Assembly: GCA_958296175.1 (NCBI GenBank)
Contig: OY282448.1
Coordinates: 1,584,012 to 1,648,011 of the forward strand
Direction: 5' to 3'
Length of the DNA: 64,000 bases
Origin: an uncultured Chloroflexota bacterium
GTDB taxonomy: Bacteria; Chloroflexota; UBA11872
Below the pieces are notes generated by a model, which worked only from the letters and a program-made list of their open reading frames with translations, made no database searches and was not told the origin of the DNA. Positions 33,728 through 43,536 of the stretch are shown here, piece after piece; position 1 is the stretch's first letter, and every line of letters begins with the position of its first letter. Made by a program: the position numbers and the translations under genes.

Positions 33728-35989
33728 CTAGAGCATGAAGTGCAGCGTGTCAAAGCCAATCATCGCAACGGCCAGCGCCGCAATGGACAGAAACCGCGCG
33801 GAGCGCACGCGCGCCGGGCCGGGCCAGAGGCGGCCGCTGAGTATGACCCAGGCCGCCAGCAGCGCGAATTGCAGCGTCAGCACCAGCACGATGACCCAGG
33901 CAATCACCCAGGGATAGGCCAGAAAGCCTTCCACCAGCGTCATCGACCAAAAGTCCAGACCCAGGCCGTTTTCGGGGCGTGACGGCACGGCCTCGATGCC
34001 GAACCGCGACCAGGGCGTGCGGCTGAGCGCGTCTTCCAGAAAGTCCGTGCGGTCGGGCGCCAGCAGGTTGAACGCGTCGGCGCGCAGCAGCCAGGCGTGG
34101 GCCAGCAGCGGGGAGAACTGATAGGTGTAGAGCACGGCGGCGAAGTCGCCTTCGGGCTGGATGGACGACCAGGGCTGATAATCGGCGCCGCCGTAGACCA
34201 CGCCCTTGAGCGGCAACGCGCCTGCGACCTGCTGCTGGAACAGGTCGAGGTAGCTGCCGAAGTCTTTGGCCACGCCCATGACCTGCACGCCTGCGCTCAG
34301 CAGCACCGCGCCGGCCAGCGCGGCGTGCGCCAGCCGCGACCGCGCCCGTTCCACCACCCAGGCAAAGAGCGGCGCGCCCATCACGATCAGCAGCGGCAGC
34401 GCGGGTACCAGATAGCGCGGCCCCCAGGTATTGCCGCCGTACCACACTTGCTTGCGGCTGTAGAGCAGCGTGTAAACCACCGGCACGGCAATGAAGACGA
34501 ACGAGCGCCAGCCGTGCCGCCGCACGAACCACGGCAGCGCCGGCAGCGCGAGCAGCAGGATGGGGTTGTACCAGAGCACGCCTTTGCCCCAGCTGGTGAT
34601 CAGCCCGCCCAGGCCCAAGCCGAAGGGCAGCTCCAGCCAGCCGCGCTGCAAGCCGCCCAGCAGCTCGCGCTCGTAGAGCAGGCGGAAGTCGAACAACACG
34701 GCCGCCCCCGCCAGCGCCAACGGCAGGACGATCAGAAACGGCGACAGGAACAGCAGCACGGGCCGCAGCGAGACGCGCACGGCCTGGCCCCAGGTGCGCC
34801 CGGACTTTGCGCCCAGCGCCAGCCCCAGGGCCAGGAACGGCACCGCGACGAATGTCACGTATTTCGTGAGCACGGCGGCAAAGATGGCCAGGCCGGCCAG
34901 CGCGGCGTAGCGCCGCAGGTTGGTGTCCAGGTGCACCAGAATCAGCCACACGCTCGCCAGCAGCAGCGCGGCCACCAGCGGCTCGGAGAAGTCGAAGGTG
35001 GCATAGGGCCAGGCCATGCTGCCCACGGCGTAGACCAGCGCCGCGGCCAGCGCGGGGCGCACCGAATAGCGCAGCCGCCGCACGATGCGGAACACCAGCA
35101 CCACGCCCAGCGCCGTGGCGAAGGCGCTGGCCGTCGGCACCCACAGGCGGCGGAAGAACTCGTGGTTCTGGCGTTCCGACCACACCCGCCCCACGCCGGG
35201 GCCGTCGATCCAATCGCCCTCGGTCGTGCGCAGCGCCAGGCCGTCCACGTAGAAATTCCCCTCGGACTGCTGGTAGGTGATCTGGGCTGCCGTCAGGTTG
35301 CGCGGCGGGTCGAACGTCCAGCTGGCCGCGTAATAATTCGCGCGCGCGTTGCCAATGTGGCGTCCCACCGGCGGCGGCCGGTTGTGTTGGATGACGGCGC
35401 GCACGTCGCCGCGGTCGTAGGCCCACTCCGCCGTCTCCACGCCGACGCGAATCGGGTGCTCGGTCACGCTGCCGGAGGCGTCGGTCAGCCGCAGCCGCGC
35501 GATCTCGGTCCCTTGCGCAAATCCCGCGCTGAGGCCGCTGTGCGAGACGAGCGTCAGCGTGTCGTAGACGCCCGGCGCCACGTCAAGGTTCAGGCTGGAG
35601 GCAACCTTGGGGCCGGGCGAGCCGCCCAGCGGTTGGAAGTTGACCAGCAGCACATCGTGCTCGCCCAGCGGAATGCGGTCGCGCTGCGGCGCCGCCGCGG
35701 CCACGGGTTCGGCCAGCGCCGCGATTGGCGCCAGCGCGGTTGGCAGCCCCATCCCCCAGCGGCCGAAGTTGTGATTCTGGTCGCGCAGGTAGGCGTGGCC
35801 GCGGTCGATCATCACGCTCTTGGCCATCTCGAAGGCAAACGTGCCGTCGGCGCTGTACCCCACGCCGTTGCGCGAAGCGCCGATGCTCAGCGCGTAGAGC
35901 GCGAAGGCAAACACGAACAGCAGCAGCGCCGGGCGCTCGTGTCCCCATCGCACCGCGCGCCGCAGCCGGGTCATCAGGCGCTGCCCCAT
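33728..35989 (-). CDS. GT-C-like polytopic membrane glycosyltransferase with an inserted soluble domain
   Basis: SADG loop after TM1, FSEP and WGPRYL motifs, many TM helices, and a soluble insert containing GVETAEWAYDR. Confidence 0.7.
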   Translation of the reverse strand: MGQRLMTRLRRAVRWGHERPALLLFVFAFALYALSIGASRNGVGYSADGTFAFEMAKSVMIDRGHAYLRDQNHNFGRWGMGLPTALAPIAALAEPVAAAAPQRDRIPLGEHDVLLVNFQPLGGSPGPKVASSLNLDVAPGVYDTLTLVSHSGLSAGFAQGTEIARLRLTDASGSVTEHPIRVGVETAEWAYDRGDVRAVIQHNRPPPVGRHIGNARANYYAASWTFDPPRNLTAAQITYQQSEGNFYVDGLALRTTEGDWIDGPGVGRVWSERQNHEFFRRLWVPTASAFATALGVVLVFRIVRRLRYSVRPALAAALVYAVGSMAWPYATFDFSEPLVAALLLASVWLILVHLDTNLRRYAALAGLAIFAAVLTKYVTFVAVPFLALGLALGAKSGRTWGQAVRVSLRPVLLFLSPFLIVLPLALAGAAVLFDFRLLYERELLGGLQRGWLELPFGLGLGGLITSWGKGVLWYNPILLLALPALPWFVRRHGWRSFVFIAVPVVYTLLYSRKQVWYGGNTWGPRYLVPALPLLIVMGAPLFAWVVERARSRLAHAALAGAVLLSAGVQVMGVAKDFGSYLDLFQQQVAGALPLKGVVYGGADYQPWSSIQPEGDFAAVLYTYQFSPLLAHAWLLRADAFNLLAPDRTDFLEDALSRTPWSRFGIEAVPSRPENGLGLDFWSMTLVEGFLAYPWVIAWVIVLVLTLQFALLAAWVILSGRLWPGPARVRSARFLSIAALAVAMIGFDTLHFML

Positions 35990-36317
35990 CTCGTCACGCT
36001 CGGCACCCTGCCCGCTCCCGCCGCGGCCATCGCCGCAGCGCGCTCATTCTCGCGCAGTTCATCGCCGCCCACGCCAGGGGTCCCTTCCGGGAAGGGCCGC
36101 CCCCTTGCCCTGCACGGCTCTTCGCGCGCGCCCGGAAAGGCGGGGAGACCAGGATTGCGGCCGATGACTGGCAGGCGGCTCGCCGCGCCCGCCTGGAAGG
36201 ACGCCATTCGTCGCACGCGCCGCCAGCGCCTGCGCCTGCCCAGGCTCTTCGCGCGCGCCCGGAAGGGCGCGGGGAAAGAACCGCAGGGGATCGAGAGCGG
36301 CGGGGCCGGCGGCCAGG

Positions 36318-37898
36318 TCATCCGTCGACCAGCTCCGCCACCAGACCGCGCAGGCGGGTGCGGAAGGCGTTGCTGTCGAACTGTTCGCTGGCGGCTTGCG
36401 CGCGGGCGGCCAGCGACTGGCGCAGCTCGGGGTCGTGAATCAGCCGCCAGGTGCGCTCGCGCAGCTCCGACGTCGATCCCCACAAGAAGCCGTTCTGCCC
36501 GTCGCACACCAGTTCGGGCGGGCCGCCCTGGTCGATCACGACGGGAACCGCGCCGCTGGCCATGGCTTCCACGACCGAAATGCCAAAGTGCTCGAACTTC
36601 ACCGGGTTGCGCTCGGCGTGCTCCCCGTGCCCGGCTGCGTGCCAGTAAATCTGCGCCTGGCCGTACAGCCGCTGCAGCTCGGCGAAGGGCGCGTCCACGA
36701 CGAACTCGATCGGGTGGCCGTAGGCGCGGCGGCGCAGTTCGTCGGTGTAGTCCAGGTCGAGGTCGCGGCGGCTCTGGTGGCCGGCCAGATACAGCGTCCA
36801 CCCGTCCAGCCCTTCGCGGCGCATGCGCTTGAACTGCTCGATCAGCACCCCGTGCTTCTTTTCGTGCGTGCCGCGAAAGAAGCGTCCCACGCTGAGGATG
36901 GTGCGGGTCTTCGCCCGCGGCGCCGCCCAGCTGGTGTCCACCGGCGGATACAGAATCGGCCCGCTGCGGTTCCAGTAGGTCTGCATCCAGTCGCGGCTGT
37001 AGCGGGAGATCGGGCATAGCAGGTCGTAGGTGTCCAGGTGGTCCAGCGCGTAGAAGGCCGGCAGCCCTTCCAGGCGCAGGCCCAGCTCGCGGAACAGGCG
37101 GCGGAACACGAGCTCGTAGAGATAGTGCCGCGGATGCCGCACCCGCACGTCGGTGACGGCCAGCCCCACCTCGCGGTTGTCGGCCTCGGCGATCGTGTCG
37201 GTCGGGTTGAAGGTGGGCGATTCGATGGTCAGCTCGGCCGCGCCGCCGCGCACGCGGCGGCGGTCCAGGTCGATGCGCCAGGTCTCGAAGGCCCCGGGCC
37301 GCGGCGCAAAGGCGCGTTCGGCAACGACCTGGCCGTCCACCAGGCAGCGCGCCGGCAGATCGGCGTCCGGCCGAAAGTTGCCCGCCACGATTTCGACCGC
37401 CGCCGGTCGGCGGCCCGGCGGCACGCGCACCCGCACGCGTGCGCGCGTGGTGGCGTAGCGAAACCAGCCGCGGCCCAGCTCCTGCACGTCGTAGAAGCCG
37501 TCCACCCACTCGGGCATCAGCAGCTCGCGGATCAGGAACCGGCCCACGGCCTGGCGCAGCCGCGCCGTCCAGCCGCGCTCGACGGGTGAGGGAAACAGCA
37601 CCAGCATCATGGAGCGGCGCGCCGCCGACGGCTGGTTGGTCATGAACGAGGCGTTCACGAAGAGGTCGTACGCGCGCGTGAACTCGGCAAAGCGGTTGGG
37701 CGGCAGCGCCGGGATGACGCGGACGCTCACCGCCGACAGGTCGATGTTGAGCGCGTCGGCCAGCTCCGCGCGCGCAATCGGCCGGTGGGTCACCAGCTCG
37801 GTCTCGAAGCGCTCGGCCAGCACCTGCGCCGCCATCGCGGCATGCCGCTCGCCGCCGCCCTTCTGGTGCAGCCAGCGGTTGTACACGGCAGCTCTCAC
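36318..37898 (-). CDS. Glycosyltransferase family 4 with an inserted beta-domain
   Basis: GGGERH, LYPPVD, LSVGRF and EHFGISVVEAMASG motifs. Confidence 0.92.
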   Translation of the reverse strand: MRAAVYNRWLHQKGGGERHAAMAAQVLAERFETELVTHRPIARAELADALNIDLSAVSVRVIPALPPNRFAEFTRAYDLFVNASFMTNQPSAARRSMMLVLFPSPVERGWTARLRQAVGRFLIRELLMPEWVDGFYDVQELGRGWFRYATTRARVRVRVPPGRRPAAVEIVAGNFRPDADLPARCLVDGQVVAERAFAPRPGAFETWRIDLDRRRVRGGAAELTIESPTFNPTDTIAEADNREVGLAVTDVRVRHPRHYLYELVFRRLFRELGLRLEGLPAFYALDHLDTYDLLCPISRYSRDWMQTYWNRSGPILYPPVDTSWAAPRAKTRTILSVGRFFRGTHEKKHGVLIEQFKRMRREGLDGWTLYLAGHQSRRDLDLDYTDELRRRAYGHPIEFVVDAPFAELQRLYGQAQIYWHAAGHGEHAERNPVKFEHFGISVVEAMASGAVPVVIDQGGPPELVCDGQNGFLWGSTSELRERTWRLIHDPELRQSLAARAQAASEQFDSNAFRTRLRGLVAELVDG

Positions 37899-37944
37899 CC
37901 GTGCCGCCTACTCACGCCGCGCCCCCGCAGGCAGCATCCGCCCC

Positions 37945-38236
37945 CCAGGGAAGGATTCCCCATCCCCTCCAGGGGAAGGTTTTCCCCCGCTGCCATCCAG
38001 GGCGAGGACAGGGAAGGACTCTCTCTCCCTTCCAGGGCGAGGGCAGGGCAAGGTCTTCCCCTTCTCCCTGGAAGGGAGAGGGCGGGGGTGAGGGTTCGGC
38101 CGCGCGCGCATCGCCGCTGGCAGGCGGCGCCGATCCGACCCCCACCCTAACCCTCTCTCTGAGAGGGAGAGGGAAAAAAGGACTCATCGTTTTGCCCCCC
38201 ACAGTAGAACTCAGCCCTCTCCCTGAGAGGGAGAGA
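37945..38236. repeat. Cluster of CCCTCTCCC/GGGAGAGGG-family elements including an inverted pair
   Basis: Degenerate copies at 37945-38057, a direct copy at ~38058-38095, an inverted copy at ~38140-38173, and another at ~38214-38235. Confidence 0.8.
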
Positions 38237-39620
38237 GACAAGAAGGAGAGGAAAACGAAGGCCGAGACGGGAGGAAGGGGCGCAGTTCGCGGCCGTCCAG
38301 CCGCGCCAGGCGTGCTTCGGTGCGCCGCATGCGCCAGGTGCCGGGGGCGGCCGCCGCCGCGTCGGCCAGTGCGCGCAGCCTGGCCAAAACGAGGCGGGCG
38401 GCGGCGCGGTCGCGCCGGGCCAGGGCCTGGCGCGCGTCGTTGGCCGCAAATTTCAGCGCCGCCGCCGCGTGCCAGCCAACCAGCCGCCCCGGCGCGTTCT
38501 TGCCCAGCATGCGCAGCTTGCCGAACTCCACGTTGCGCACGAAGCCGGGCGACCACTCGCGGCTCAGCGCGGCGTGCTCGTGGCGCACCACGGAGGCCGG
38601 TTCGTACCAGAAGCGCCAGCCGCGGCGGCGCGCCCGCCAGGCAAGGTCGGCGTCTTCGTAATACATGAACACGCCGTCGTCCAGATAGCCCAGCGCCGCC
38701 AGCATGTCGCGCCGATAGAGCACAGCCGCGCCCTTGGGCGCAAAGACCTCCTGCGGCTGGTCGTAGGCGGGTCCGTCCCAGTCTGCCCAGGGCGCGCCGG
38801 CCAGCAGGCGCGTGCCGCGGTCGCGCATGGAGCCGTCCGCCAGCGGCGCAATGCCCGCGCTTTCGACCGCCGGCCGCGCCGCCCGGGCGATGGTCGCGCC
38901 GTCGGCGTGGATCGTCACCGCAGCCGGGTCGGCCGTCACCACCGCCTGGCCAATGGTCTGGCCGTCCACCGCGGCGCTAATCGGCGTTGGGGGGCGCCCC
39001 GCGCCGGCGGCCAGCGTGAGACGCACGGCCGCGCCGCCCCGGTCCACGGGCACCGCAAGCTTGGCCAGGGGTTCGGTCCAGCGGAACGGGCGGCCGCGGG
39101 CGTCCAGCTCCAGCCCGTAAGCCCCGCACGTCACGTCGGCGCGGCCCTGGCTGGTTGCGGCCGCGTAGAGCCGCACGCCCAGCGTGCGCGCGTCGGGCGC
39201 GGGCGGCGTGAAGGCCGGCGTCGTCAGGCGCAGCGGCAGCCGGTCGGCCAGATGCAGAATCTTGGGCGCCGCGCCGCCGGCCAGCGGGTCGGCCGCCAGC
39301 CGCGCAACCAGCGGCCGCAGCCAGCCGGGCGCAACCTCGGTGTCCAGGTTCAGCAGGCCCAGATACGGCTCGTCCGCCGCGCGCAGGGCGCGGTTGTTGC
39401 CGCGCGAAAACCCCAGGTTGGCGCCGTTTTCGATCAGCTCCACCTCAGGAAAGTCCCGCGCGACGCGCGCCGGCGAGCCGTCGGCCGAGGCGTTGTCCAC
39501 CACCGTGACCCGCAGAGCGGGGTAGTCGCTGGCCAGCAGCGATGCCAGACAGCGCTCTACGCGCCCCAGGCCGTTGTAGTTGAGGACGACGACGCGAACC
39601 GGCGGCTCGGCCTCGCTCAT
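38211..39620 (-). CDS. Glycosyltransferase family 2 with an inserted beta-domain
   Basis: VVVLNYNG, VVDNASADGS, NLGFSRGNN, LLNLD and FMYYEDADLAWR motifs. Start at 39620 (ATGA overlap with wzt), not at 42260. Confidence 0.92.
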   Translation of the reverse strand: MSEAEPPVRVVVLNYNGLGRVERCLASLLASDYPALRVTVVDNASADGSPARVARDFPEVELIENGANLGFSRGNNRALRAADEPYLGLLNLDTEVAPGWLRPLVARLAADPLAGGAAPKILHLADRLPLRLTTPAFTPPAPDARTLGVRLYAAATSQGRADVTCGAYGLELDARGRPFRWTEPLAKLAVPVDRGGAAVRLTLAAGAGRPPTPISAAVDGQTIGQAVVTADPAAVTIHADGATIARAARPAVESAGIAPLADGSMRDRGTRLLAGAPWADWDGPAYDQPQEVFAPKGAAVLYRRDMLAALGYLDDGVFMYYEDADLAWRARRRGWRFWYEPASVVRHEHAALSREWSPGFVRNVEFGKLRMLGKNAPGRLVGWHAAAALKFAANDARQALARRDRAAARLVLARLRALADAAAAAPGTWRMRRTEARLARLDGRELRPFLPSRPSFSSPSCLSPSQGEG

Positions 39621-41323
39621 TCCACCCGAATCGCCCGCACCGCCAGGCCGAGCGGGCGGGTGTCCGTGTCCAGGCCGACCTCGTTGGGCACCAGCGGGTC
39701 GTCGACCTCGATCACCAATTCGCGCGTGGCCGGCTCCGTGACGGGGTCGAGCGGAATGACGATGTCCTCGAAATCCATGCCGTGCAAGCGGAAGGCGGCG
39801 ATGTCGCGCCCGTCCACGTGCACGCGCCCGCGCGCCGCCGCGCGGCCGTGCAGCGGGCGGCAGGCCGACAGCACCAGCGCCCCCTGGCCAATGTCCTGGC
39901 GCACGTAGGCCACCGCGCGTTTGCTGGTCCAGCGCACCGGCGGCGGCCAGGTTTCCGCCGGGAACCAGCCTTCGCCCAGCCACTCGTCGTTGAGGGCGTC
40001 CATCAGCAATTCCTCCGGCGGCGCCGACCACAAGGGGCCGGCGGCCTCCGTCAGCATGTCGGGCTGCGCCACCGGGCCGCCGCCGCGCTGCAAGCCGTGC
40101 TCGACCGGCGCGGCGGACACGCGCCAGTGCGCCGGCGCCGCCGTCACGCCGCGGTGCGCCGGCGACGTCTTGCCCACGAAGAACGTCAGCGCCGCGGGCC
40201 AGAGGTGATACGGCCGCAGGCGGTTGGCAAACGGCCAGGCGCCCAGCGCAGCGTGGTATTGCCCCGGCCCCAGCGGCAGCGGCCCCAGCGTGCACGTCAC
40301 GCGCGCCGCCCCCGGCTGCACGGCCAGCGGCCCGTGTGACGCCGCCGTGGAGGTCTCGAACATCAGCAGCCCGTCGCCGCGGCGGATGGCGCACCCCACC
40401 ACCACGTCGTCCACGTAGGCCTGAGCTTCCAGATCGAGCTCCAGGCGCACCACGCCGCCAGGCAGGTAGGCGTAGCTTTCCTGGCCGCTGGCGTCGTCGG
40501 CGGCCCGCGCGGCGCGGATGCGCAGCGGGCCATCGCCGCCTTCGACCGGCTCGGCCGCGCGTTCGACTGGGGCCGGCGCGGCGTCGCCGCGCATGTGGTG
40601 CAAGTAGTCCTGGATGACCTCGCGCGGCTCGCCCAGCGCCCGCACCTTGCCGCGGTCGATCCAGAGCACGCGGTCGCAGAAGCGGCGCACCTGAATCGGG
40701 TCGTGGGACACGAACACCAGCGTGCGCCCGCGGGCCTTGATTCGGGCCAGCGCCTCGTAGCACTTGGCCGTGAAGCGCGCGTCGCCCACGGCCAGCACCT
40801 CGTCGATCAGAAGAATGTCGGGATCGACGGTAACGGCGATGGAAAAGCCCAGCCGCATGAACATGCCGGACGAGTAATGCCGCACCGGCGTGTCGATGAA
40901 GCGTTCCAGCTCGGCGAACGCCACGATGCGGTCGTAGAGGCGCCGCATCTCGGCGCGCCCGATGCCCAGGAACGAGCCGTTGAGGAAGATGTTCTCGCGG
41001 CCCGTCAGGTCCGGGTGCATCCCGGCGCCCAGTTCCAGCAGCCCGAAGACGCTGCCGCGGGTCACGACCTCCCCCGCGGTGGGCTGCATGGTGCGCGCCA
41101 GCAGTTTGAGGATGGTGGTCTTGCCCGAGCCGTTGGCGCCGATGACGCCCAGCGTCTCGCCGCGCTCCACGGCCAGGTCCACGCCGTCCAGCGCCCAGAA
41201 CTCTTCGCGCTCCAGCGGGCGGCGGCCGAGCAGCGCCAGCGCCATGCCCTGCCAGGTGCGGGCGGCCTCGCGGCGGATGCTGAAGCGCTTGCGCACGCCG
41301 CGCAGCTCGATGGCGGCAGCCAC
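39617..41323 (-). CDS. wzt: Polysaccharide ABC exporter ATP-binding subunit with Wzt_C and an extra C-terminal domain
   Basis: GANGSGKTT, YSSGM, LLIDEVLAVGD and VSH motifs, with a long C-terminal extension. Confidence 0.92.
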   Translation of the reverse strand: MAAAIELRGVRKRFSIRREAARTWQGMALALLGRRPLEREEFWALDGVDLAVERGETLGVIGANGSGKTTILKLLARTMQPTAGEVVTRGSVFGLLELGAGMHPDLTGRENIFLNGSFLGIGRAEMRRLYDRIVAFAELERFIDTPVRHYSSGMFMRLGFSIAVTVDPDILLIDEVLAVGDARFTAKCYEALARIKARGRTLVFVSHDPIQVRRFCDRVLWIDRGKVRALGEPREVIQDYLHHMRGDAAPAPVERAAEPVEGGDGPLRIRAARAADDASGQESYAYLPGGVVRLELDLEAQAYVDDVVVGCAIRRGDGLLMFETSTAASHGPLAVQPGAARVTCTLGPLPLGPGQYHAALGAWPFANRLRPYHLWPAALTFFVGKTSPAHRGVTAAPAHWRVSAAPVEHGLQRGGGPVAQPDMLTEAAGPLWSAPPEELLMDALNDEWLGEGWFPAETWPPPVRWTSKRAVAYVRQDIGQGALVLSACRPLHGRAAARGRVHVDGRDIAAFRLHGMDFEDIVIPLDPVTEPATRELVIEVDDPLVPNEVGLDTDTRPLGLAVRAIRVE

Positions 41324-42166
41324 TCAGAGCTCCTCGGCGAAGCGCGCCGCCAGCCGCCGGAACAGCCACCACCCCGCCCCCAGCGCCGCGCCCGCGATCA
41401 CCAGAGTCACCAGCGTGTGGCGAATCGGCAGGAAGCCCCACATGAATGCGTAGCGGTAGTCGGTCACCAGCGTGGCCATCGGGTTGAACATGAACACCCA
41501 GCGGTGAATGTCCAGCCCCAGCACGGTGTTGTTGGGCACGATGGACATGGCGTAGAAAATGGGGGTCAGGAAGAACCAGGCCAGCATCCCCACCTCCACG
41601 ATGTGCTCGGTGTCGCGGAAGAACACGTTCACGGCCGCCAGCAGCAGCCCCAGGCCCAAAACCAGCACCAGGTGCAGCCCCATGAGCAGCGGGATGAAGA
41701 GCATGGCCCGCGTGGTGCCCACGCCAAAGGGAACGGCCACCGCCCAGAAGACCGCGTAGGCCAGCACGAAGTTCACGAAGCTGGCCAGCACGGCGCTGAT
41801 GGGCAGCAGCTCGCGCGGGAAGTAGACCTTCTTGATGAGCTGCGCGTTCGAGGTCACGCTGCGCATGGCCGAGGTCAGCGCGTGCTGCGTGAACAGCCAG
41901 GGCACCAGCGCAGCCAGCAGAAAGAACGGGTAGCGCTCGATGGGGTCCGCTTTGGCCAGCACCTGAAACACCAGCGTGAACACCGCCATCATCAGCAGCG
42001 GGTTCAACAAGCTCCACGCAAAGCCCAGCACCGAGCCGCGGTAGCGAACCTTCAGGTCGCGCACGACGAGGTTTCGCAACAGGTCGCCGTACGCGCCGAG
42101 CTCTCGCGCAGCGCTGATGACGTGACGCGCCGGGGCCAGTCGCCCCTTGTAAGCTATGACAGCCAT
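41324..42166 (-). CDS. wzm: Polysaccharide ABC exporter permease
   Basis: RDLKVRYRGSVLGFAWSLLNPL, LIKKVYFPRE, FFRD and TPIFY motifs. Confidence 0.93.
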   Translation of the reverse strand: MAVIAYKGRLAPARHVISAARELGAYGDLLRNLVVRDLKVRYRGSVLGFAWSLLNPLLMMAVFTLVFQVLAKADPIERYPFFLLAALVPWLFTQHALTSAMRSVTSNAQLIKKVYFPRELLPISAVLASFVNFVLAYAVFWAVAVPFGVGTTRAMLFIPLLMGLHLVLVLGLGLLLAAVNVFFRDTEHIVEVGMLAWFFLTPIFYAMSIVPNNTVLGLDIHRWVFMFNPMATLVTDYRYAFMWGFLPIRHTLVTLVIAGAALGAGWWLFRRLAARFAEEL

Positions 42167-42448
42167 GATGGGTCGCCCCGCACAGGGGCTGCGCGAGTCT
42201 ATCGCAGCCCGCGCTGGCTGGGGGGCGCGGCGTCGACCTGCCCCTCGCGCGCGCCAGCATCGAGCGCCGGCCGGCCGCCGCTGCGGCCCTCCGGTCACCC
42301 CGCCCTTGCGCCGCCGCGCAGTCATTCCAACGAACGCCAGAATCCAGCCGGCGTGCGGTTCACGGCAGACTTGGACGCTCCCCAGCCGCGCTAAGATTTT
42401 GTGCAGGGAGCGCCGGGACAATCCAGTGCACGGCACAGAGGGATCAGG

Positions 42449-42676
42449 ATGAGCGCTGAGCTTGCCGCCATATTGAGCGTGGGCGGCGTGCTCGCCGGCC
42501 TGATTCTTGCCGCATGGCGTGACGTGCGCGCCGAAGTGCGCACGTTGAGCAACCGCTTGGACGCCGACCGCCGCGCTCACGACGCGTCCCACGCCGCCGA
42601 ACGGCAGGCCATCGCCGCCGATATCCGTGAGTTGCGCGGCGCCGTCACCGGCCGCGGCTCGAGCGTTCCCCGCTGA
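42449..42676 (+). CDS. Small N-terminally anchored coiled-coil protein (family member 1)
   Basis: MSAELAAILSVGGVLAGLIL anchor, short amphipathic helix, and C-terminal LRGAVTGRG. Confidence 0.65.
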   Translation: MSAELAAILSVGGVLAGLILAAWRDVRAEVRTLSNRLDADRRAHDASHAAERQAIAADIRELRGAVTGRGSSVPR

Positions 42677-42851
42677 CGCGCCTCGCTTCCTGATGGGGCA
42701 GGCCGCCTCCCGTCCGCAGCCTGCCGCACGTCGGCCAGGGTGCGGCGTCCCGTCATGCCCAGGCCGCCGCGCGCCCGCCGCTTGCTGTCATGCTAGGCTT
42801 TGACACGTGAGGTTCCGGCGCAGGCCGGCCATACTGGAGCGCGTCTCGCGC

Positions 42852-43475
42852 ATGGACATCACGTGGGTCGGAGGCGGCTGCTTTCGATTCCGTGGACGCG
42901 GCGGCGCCGTCGTGACCGACCCGCAGACGTTGGGACCCGCCCGCAAGTCCGCACAGCCGCGCGCCGATCTGGTGGCCGTCAGCGAACCTGGCGCCAGCGC
43001 CGACGCTGCGGCGCTCGTGCGGCCCAATCGACCCGACCGCACCCCCTTTGCCGCGCGGGGTCCGGGCGAATACGACGTCTCCGGCATCTACCTGCAAGGC
43101 ATGGCCGGGCCGCGCACAGACGACGGACGCCGCGGGCCGACGGTCTACGCCATGGACGTCGACGGCGTGAGCGTGGCGTTCGTCCCCAGCCTGGCCGTGG
43201 ACCTGAGCCGCGAGCTGCTGGACGAGCTTGGAACCAACCACGTGCTGGTGCTGAACGCCGACCACGGCGGCGAACGTGTGGCCGACCTGGTGAGCCGCGT
43301 TGAGCCCCATCTGGTCGTGCCGTTCGGGCGCGCCGCCGACGGGCGTACGCCCTGGCTGGACACCGCCAAGGCGCTGGGCGAGACCGAGCCGACGCCCGAG
43401 ACGACGGTGAGCGTCTCGGCCTCGTCGCTGCCGGAATCGCTGGCCGTGCGCCTGCTGACGCCGCGGCTCGTCTGA
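42852..43475 (+). CDS. MBL-fold (lactamase_B_3-like) protein lacking the metal-binding motif
   Basis: MDITWVGGGCFRF, VVTDP, GPGEYDVSGI and VEPHLVVPF motifs; no HxHxDH. Confidence 0.75.
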   Translation: MDITWVGGGCFRFRGRGGAVVTDPQTLGPARKSAQPRADLVAVSEPGASADAAALVRPNRPDRTPFAARGPGEYDVSGIYLQGMAGPRTDDGRRGPTVYAMDVDGVSVAFVPSLAVDLSRELLDELGTNHVLVLNADHGGERVADLVSRVEPHLVVPFGRAADGRTPWLDTAKALGETEPTPETTVSVSASSLPESLAVRLLTPRLV

Positions 43476-43536
43476 CCATGGACGGGCACAGCCGCCGGGC
43501 GGCGCTCCCGGCGCGGACAGCGAACGCAGGCGGCGC

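Noticed and set aside
38211-42260. 1349-aa ORF from the track
   Set aside because: Only the last 469 aa (GT2, from 39620) look like protein. The rest is an off-frame read through wzm and wzt, as expected in high-GC DNA.
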